A DNA stretch of 64,000 bases. Origin: Eledone cirrhosa. Taxonomy: Eukaryota. Both the position numbers and the translations under genes were made by a program. This document shows, piece by piece, positions 57,366-64,000 of this stretch. How positions within the stretch are numbered: position 1 is the first letter of the stretch; each line of letters begins with the position of its first letter. Below the pieces are notes generated by a model that was given only the letters and a program-made list of their open reading frames with translations, did no database searches and was not told the origin of the DNA. Where the stretch lies: contig OZ024745.1 of the NCBI GenBank assembly GCA_964016885.1, positions 74,090,001-74,154,000 of the forward strand. Reading direction: 5' to 3'.

Positions 57366-58446
57366 TTATGTATGTGCTCAATATAAAAGCTTCGTGGTAC
57401 ATGCATCGAGACTAAAAAATAAACTAAAGAAAGATCTCTGCATAACTGTTACTTGATAAGGCAGGAGCAATTAAATTGTATCCATGTCATTTTAGAATAT
57501 ATTACCGTATTGTATAAAGAATAAGTGAAATATAACTCTGCAGTGTACAATCAGGCATTCTAAAAAGTCATAGCTGCAGAGAAAAAGGATACGATTTTTA
57601 ATATCACGAAAGAAAGTTTGTCAAAACCTAATTGACTTGTTGAAAAGAATTTCAATTTAGATCAGGAATTACAAATGACAGAATCTCATTTGCACAAAGA
57701 ATTCTTAGAAATCTTACAAGTGATAAATTCTTTGTATATCACCTTATTCAACGCAGAACTTAGAAGGAATTCATGTATGATGTAGACATTCGTTTAGAAA
57801 CAAATATCTTGAGGTTTGATACCAAAATCCAGGAAACGAAACTGCTATAAAATGAATGTAATTTGTTTAATATCATAGGATTTAGAGCTTTTTTGTTTTC
57901 TTTGCGTCAGTAATCATGAAATGATACTAGGATCTAAATAACGTTATCTGTAATTGTAATATGACAAACATTTAATCATAATTACTAATTTATGATATAT
58001 ATATTCCAATAAAATATTCATCTGAATTATCAGTTCTCAATGAACAGACAATAGATTTAATATAACACATACTGGTAAATAATATCGAATAAAATCCATT
58101 TCCTAACTGTATCCATAAGGATACATACATATATATAATAATCAATATGTAAAACCGTATTTTGTAATTACTGTAATGAATAATTTGCTTCATGCGTAAT
58201 TATTATTTTTAACACAATAGGATTTTGTACACATACTTGTTTGAAAATTCTTTCAAAGAAGAATGAAAAGTAGCCTTTTGTGCTGTTTATTATAATAGAT
58301 TACTGTATTTTGAGGTGTTTTAACTTCTCCAACTACCTCTTTCCAATTTTTATATTGTTTTTGTAAAAAATGATGTTTTTCATATCGTGAAATTAATAAA
58401 CATTTATTGTACTGCCTCTCTGTTTTGTCCCTGTTCAAATTTTTCC

Positions 58447-58562
<116 letters not shown>

Positions 58563-58926
58563 TGTGTGTGTGTGTATGTGTGTGTGTGTGTGTGTCTGTC
58601 TGTGTCTGTGTATGTTTATATATATATGTTTATATATATACATATATATATATAGTAATAATAATAGATGCAAAGACTAAAATCCAAAGAGGGCTCGATA
58701 AAGATAAATATATATCAAATATATAAGAACCCTAGAGCAAATATTTATTAAAATAACACATAACAGATATATATATATATATATATATATACATAAGAAG
58801 GTATGTAATTCGAAGGCTGGGACAATGCGAAAGGTGTAGTATGATTTAAGATAAAAGAAGGAAACACAGTTGCTCTGTTTTACTTGTTCTTTATTCAAAT
58901 CGACACGCTTTTATATATACTCACAT

Positions 58927-58992
<66 letters not shown>

Positions 58993-58996
58993 AAAT

Positions 58997-59045
<49 letters not shown>

Positions 59046-59239
59046 TAAATGTATATATATATATATAGTCGATACCATCCTGCTATACAAGAAGAGCAGA
59101 TCGATAATGGAGTCGTGCCCATAACTTCTATGGGTGACCTTAAACCTATCCTCCGCGAAACGCGCATCACAGGTCGATACACAATAAATATCTAATACAT
59201 GTAAGGGAAACTTCCTCGTTTTTTCTAATATATATATAC

Positions 59240-60093
59240 ATACCCCCTCCGCCTCCGTGGTATTTTCTTCGGGGTTATAAGAGGCTTAGCTCTGTTTCTC
59301 GACCGTTATATCGCGTGACTATCTCCCCCTCCGCCTTTTGGGATTCTTTCTCACGTCGTGTAGACGCGTTCTTGAGACTAGTAAAATGAGGTATCCTCTT
59401 GATAAGTCGGCAGACCTCGCAAGGACTCTATATCTTTATGATATATTGTTTTTGTTTATGCCACGAAACTACGTAGTCGAGGAATTTAGGAGCAGTTTAG
59501 GTATGATACATTTTATTACTAATTATATCTAAATGTTTCTTCTCTCTTCATAATGTATTTTTAACTCTGATACTGGTTCAGTCTAGTTCAACTGAATTGG
59601 TCTGTCCCAGTCATTCATTGAGCAACATCGGTGAAGTTGGCACCCTTAACTCACAGTTGGGTGCGGATGCATTCATGTATATATGTGTGTGTCCGCATGT
59701 ATCTGTGTGTTTCTAAATATATTGTTAATAACTCCCTCTGGTCGAGCAATCTTTGAAGTGTGGGGACAGCTGGAAAGCTTCCATTACTCATACTTCTCGC
59801 CTTCTTCACCACCTCTTCTACGGCCTCGATATAAATACCCCCTCCGCCTCCGTGGTATTTTCTTCGGGGTTATAAGAGGCTTAGCTCTGTTTCTCGACCG
59901 TTATATCGCGTGACTATCTCCCCCTCCGCCTTTTGGGATTCTTTCTCACGTCGTGTAGACGCGTTCTTGAGACTAGTAAAATGAGGTATCCTCTTGATAA
60001 GTCGGCAGACCTCGCAAGGACTCTATATCTTTATGATATATTGTTTTTGTTTATGCCACGAAACTACGTAGTCGAGGAATTTAGGAGCAGTTT
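59240..60093 (+). mobile_element. Direct repeat (595-bp period) with a U3-A8 HHR in each copy
   Basis: tcctc-TTGATAA(59399; 59994)-gtcggca...tgccac-GAAAC tacgta GTC-gagga. Confidence 0.85.
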
Positions 60094-60227
60094 TATATAT
60101 ATATTATATATATACTATATATATTATATTATATAATATATATATATATATAAATTTATAATATTATTATATATAATTATATATTATAATATATATATAT
60201 TTATATATATATATATATTTATAATAT

Positions 60228-60284
<57 letters not shown>

Positions 60285-60313
60285 ATATATATATATATTT
60301 ATTATATATATAT

Positions 60314-60455
60314 ATTTATGTGGTTACCTCCGATTCAACCCGGAATAACGTACCTATATATATATATATATATGTATATATATCTGTATATACATATATA
60401 TATAATATATATAGGTACGTTATTCCGGGTTGAATCGGAGGTAACCACATAAATA
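60314..60455. repeat. ~45-bp perfect inverted repeat around a TA tract, embedded in a long (TA)n field (60092-60800)
   Basis: atttatgtggttacctccgattcaacccggaataacgtacc / reverse complement at ~60414-60454. Confidence 0.9.
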
Positions 60456-60464
60456 TATAAATAT

Positions 60465-60503
<39 letters not shown>

Positions 60504-60507
60504 AATA

Positions 60508-60563
<56 letters not shown>

Positions 60564-60572
60564 TATATACAT

Positions 60573-60805
<233 letters not shown>

Positions 60806-61083
60806 TATAGATATAGATATATAAGTAATGGAAAATTGCTATAAAATGTTCAAGATCATAATATTCGATTCCAAAGTGGTTTTATTGCCCATACTCTATA
60901 TGAAAATGTACACGTTTAATGCTCCAAAAGGCATAGAGGAGCGTGGTTTAAATCCCGTGTTTTTTTTTTTATTTTGTGTGCGTGTTGTTTTCTTTTACAA
61001 TTCGAATCGAAATGAATGCTTCCAAATATATATTTTTCTGTCATCTTCTACTTCCTCTCATCTCTCACGATCTCTCCTCGCAA

Positions 61084-61116
61084 ATGTATGTATGTATGTA
61101 TGTATGCATGTATGTA

Positions 61117-61147
<31 letters not shown>

Positions 61148-61236
61148 ATGTGTGTATGTATGTATGTGTATGTATGTATGTATGTGTGTATGTATGTATA
61201 TATGTATGTATGTGTATGTATGTATATGTGTATGTA

Positions 61237-61267
<31 letters not shown>

Positions 61268-61294
61268 ATGTGTATGTATGTATATGTGTATGTA

Positions 61295-61329
<35 letters not shown>

Positions 61330-61816
61330 GTATGTATATGTGTATGTATGTGTGTGTGTGTATGTATGTATGTATGTATGTATGTGTGTATGTATGTATA
61401 TATGTATGTATGTGTATGTATGTATATGTGTATGTATGTGTGTGTGTGTATGTATGTATGTGTGTATGTATGTATGTATGTATGTGTATGTATGTATATG
61501 TGTATGTATGTGTGTGTGTGTATGTATGTATGTATGTATGTATGTGTGTATGTATGTATATGTGTATGTATGTGTGTGTGTGTATGTATGTATGTATGTA
61601 TGTATGTATGTATGTATGTATGTATGTATGTGTGTGTATGTATGTATATATGTATGTATGTGTGTGTGTTTGTATATATGTATGTATGTATGTATGTGTG
61701 TATGTATGTATATATGTATGTATGTGTATGTATGTATATGTGTATGTATGTGTGTGTGTGTATGTATGTATGTGTGTATGTATGTATGTATGTGTATGTA
61801 TGTATATGTGTATGTA

Positions 61817-61847
<31 letters not shown>

Positions 61848-62072
61848 GTATGTATGTATATGTGTATGTATGTGTGTGTGTATGTATGTATGTATGTATG
61901 TATGTATGTATGTGTGTGTATGTATGTATATATGTATGTATGTGTGTGTGTGTATGTATGTATGTATGTATGTATGTATGTGTATGTATGTATATATGTA
62001 TGTATGTGTGTGTGTGTATGTATGTATGTATATGTGTATGTATGTATGTATGTATGTATGTATGTATGTATG
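61084..62072. repeat. ~1-kb compound (TATG)n/(TG)n satellite
   Basis: Accounts for the spurious 367-425 aa ORFs. Confidence 0.97.
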
Positions 62073-63006
62073 CGCGTGCGTGTGTTTATGGCTCTAAATA
62101 TTTAGGCGTATACGCATAATAAAAACCTAATTTTTTCTGCATAAAACAAATATAGAAAATGCAGTCATATATTTATAGCAATATTCAATTATCGTCACGA
62201 ATGATTTGAGTGAAAGATTATAACCAAAGAAGGTCAAATAAAATACATATAGATTTCTGAATGTATAGAAATATAAGCATGAAAAATGTATAAAAGTGGA
62301 AATTGTGATGGTGTGAACGGTTGAAATATAGCCGAATGGTTCCGAAGTTTGCTTCACAATTATAACATTTGGGGTTCATTAGCACTGCTTGCCATCTTAG
62401 GTAAGCTTTGTTTTTATCATAGCCTCGAGTGGATCCATGTTATATCAGCAAAATAGGGATGACGGAAATGTTTAAAAGCCCATCAGATAAACCGTACCTG
62501 TAATTCAGAGGGCGTCTTGTAACAGTGTATCACGATAAATCTCCTTGTGAATTACATTAAATATATACATGCCTATGGAATACTCAGCCACTTAGACACT
62601 TATATACATTGTGTGTCTGTTTGTTCATGTGTGTGTGTGTGTGTGCAACAGTGGCGACTCTACTTCATCACGCTTAATGGAGACAGATCAAAGTCATATA
62701 CGTAAACTTTTCCACTCGACGCTTTTTTTGATCGTTCAGCTTGTTCGTTTCACGGAACTAAATGTTATGAGGCCGAGGTAGCTTCAATAAATTTGATCTT
62801 GTAATATTATAAAGTTGAAACACAGCTATATATCCTCGAAGAAAAGATTAATGAATTAATACTATGCAAATTATGTTTATCCTTAATAATTCCAACGGGA
62901 ACTTTTCAGGCCGAGCCTTTCATTTGTATCCGAGTAAATAGTGATATCGACTTTACTTACAAGGACAGCAAATTTGGGGATGGGGTCTGGACAAAGTTAT
63001 TAAATT

Positions 63007-64000
63007 ATGTTCAAATTTAATGGAAAAACATATGCCCAAACGGAGGGAGCAGCCATTGGTGTTAGCATTGCAGGTGACATAGCTAACCTATTCATGGTAT
63101 GGTGGGACAATAAACTTAAACTTAAACTTAAAGAACAATTAGAAGACAGCAACCTCTTAACCCTGATAATGTACTCCCGCTACGTTGATGATATAAGCAT
63201 TGTAGTAAAAACACCCCCACTAGAGAACAGTCAGGAATTAGAGAAAAGCACCATGGAAAGCATCCGGCAAATAACTAACTCCATCCACCAGAGTATTAGA
63301 GTTACTATAGACTACCCAAGCAAACACCCCAACCATCGATTACCTGTACTAGACACAGAGCTCTGGTTAGAAACCATTAATAACAAAAAACAAATCCTCC
63401 ATTCTCATTATGTCAAACCCATGACTTCCAAATATCTGATCAACCGAAACTCAGCTGTTTCGGATCACACCAAAATCAACATACTGATTGCGGATTTGGT
63501 ACGGGTGATGAGAAACGTGTCCCGCATGTGCAACCCCAAAGAACTAGAGAGACACATACAACACTTCATCCACCGTATGCAGTTCTCTGGTTACAATCAG
63601 AGAGATAAAATCAGAGTATATAGAGGAACCAGAACCAAATGGTATAAAATGGTAAATAATGATACAAATGGGACCTTCCCCTTGTATAGGAGCAAATTTT
63701 GGAATAGAATAGAAAGAACTAGGAATAAGGTTAATAGAATAAACTCATGGTATGATAGCAATAAATACCAGAGTGTAATGTTCATCAATACAACCCCTAG
63801 AGGTGAATTAGCTTACAAATTTAGAAGGGCCCTAGATAAACATAAACTTAATATTAAGATAGTAGAAAGACCAGGTACCTCCATAAAAACACGTATTAGC
63901 AATACATACCCTTTTCAAAGACCTCCTTGTATAGATAAGAAATGCATAATCTGTAAACTAAGCCCCCATATTAACTGTAAAACTAGAAATGTAGTATATA
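63007..64000 (+). CDS. Second PLE of a related subfamily, 5'-truncated; uninterrupted RT-thumb-linker-GIY-YIG frame running off the window
   Basis: MFKFNGKTYAQTEGAAIGVSIAGDIANLFMVWWD...YSRYVDD...YPFQRPPCIDKKCIICKLSPHINCKTRNVVY with no stop, hence absent from the ORF track. Confidence 0.92.
   Translation, partial: MFKFNGKTYAQTEGAAIGVSIAGDIANLFMVWWDNKLKLKLKEQLEDSNLLTLIMYSRYVDDISIVVKTPPLENSQELEKSTMESIRQITNSIHQSIRVTIDYPSKHPNHRLPVLDTELWLETINNKKQILHSHYVKPMTSKYLINRNSAVSDHTKINILIADLVRVMRNVSRMCNPKELERHIQHFIHRMQFSGYNQRDKIRVYRGTRTKWYKMVNNDTNGTFPLYRSKFWNRIERTRNKVNRINSWYDSNKYQSVMFINTTPRGELAYKFRRALDKHKLNIKIVERPGTSIKTRISNTYPFQRPPCIDKKCIICKLSPHINCKTRNVVY

Overview
AT-rich, microsatellite-dense animal DNA, probably octopus/cephalopod (inferred from the SINE type and (TA)n/(CA)n load). 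The only host gene evidence is the first coding exon of a secreted coiled-coil protein (39096-38539, minus strand); I could not identify its later exons. The rest is mobile DNA. It includes a Penelope-like retroelement (PLE; RT plus C-terminal GIY-YIG) in a head-to-head inverted duplication (1-5500) and a second, related PLE open to the window end (63007-64000). There are also a CRE-clade endonuclease fragment, RTE fragments, many SINEs, mariner/pogo-type MITEs and a non-autonomous Helitron. The most striking structure is about 15 short, sequence-unrelated, asymmetric fold-back elements sitting at (TA)n tracts. Most carry a type I hammerhead ribozyme (HHR) motif, often on both strands, with roughly 25 motifs found by eye, including U3-A8 (UUGAUAA) and CCGANGA core variants and tandem retrozyme-like units. 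All structures were read by eye, and no folding or database search was run.
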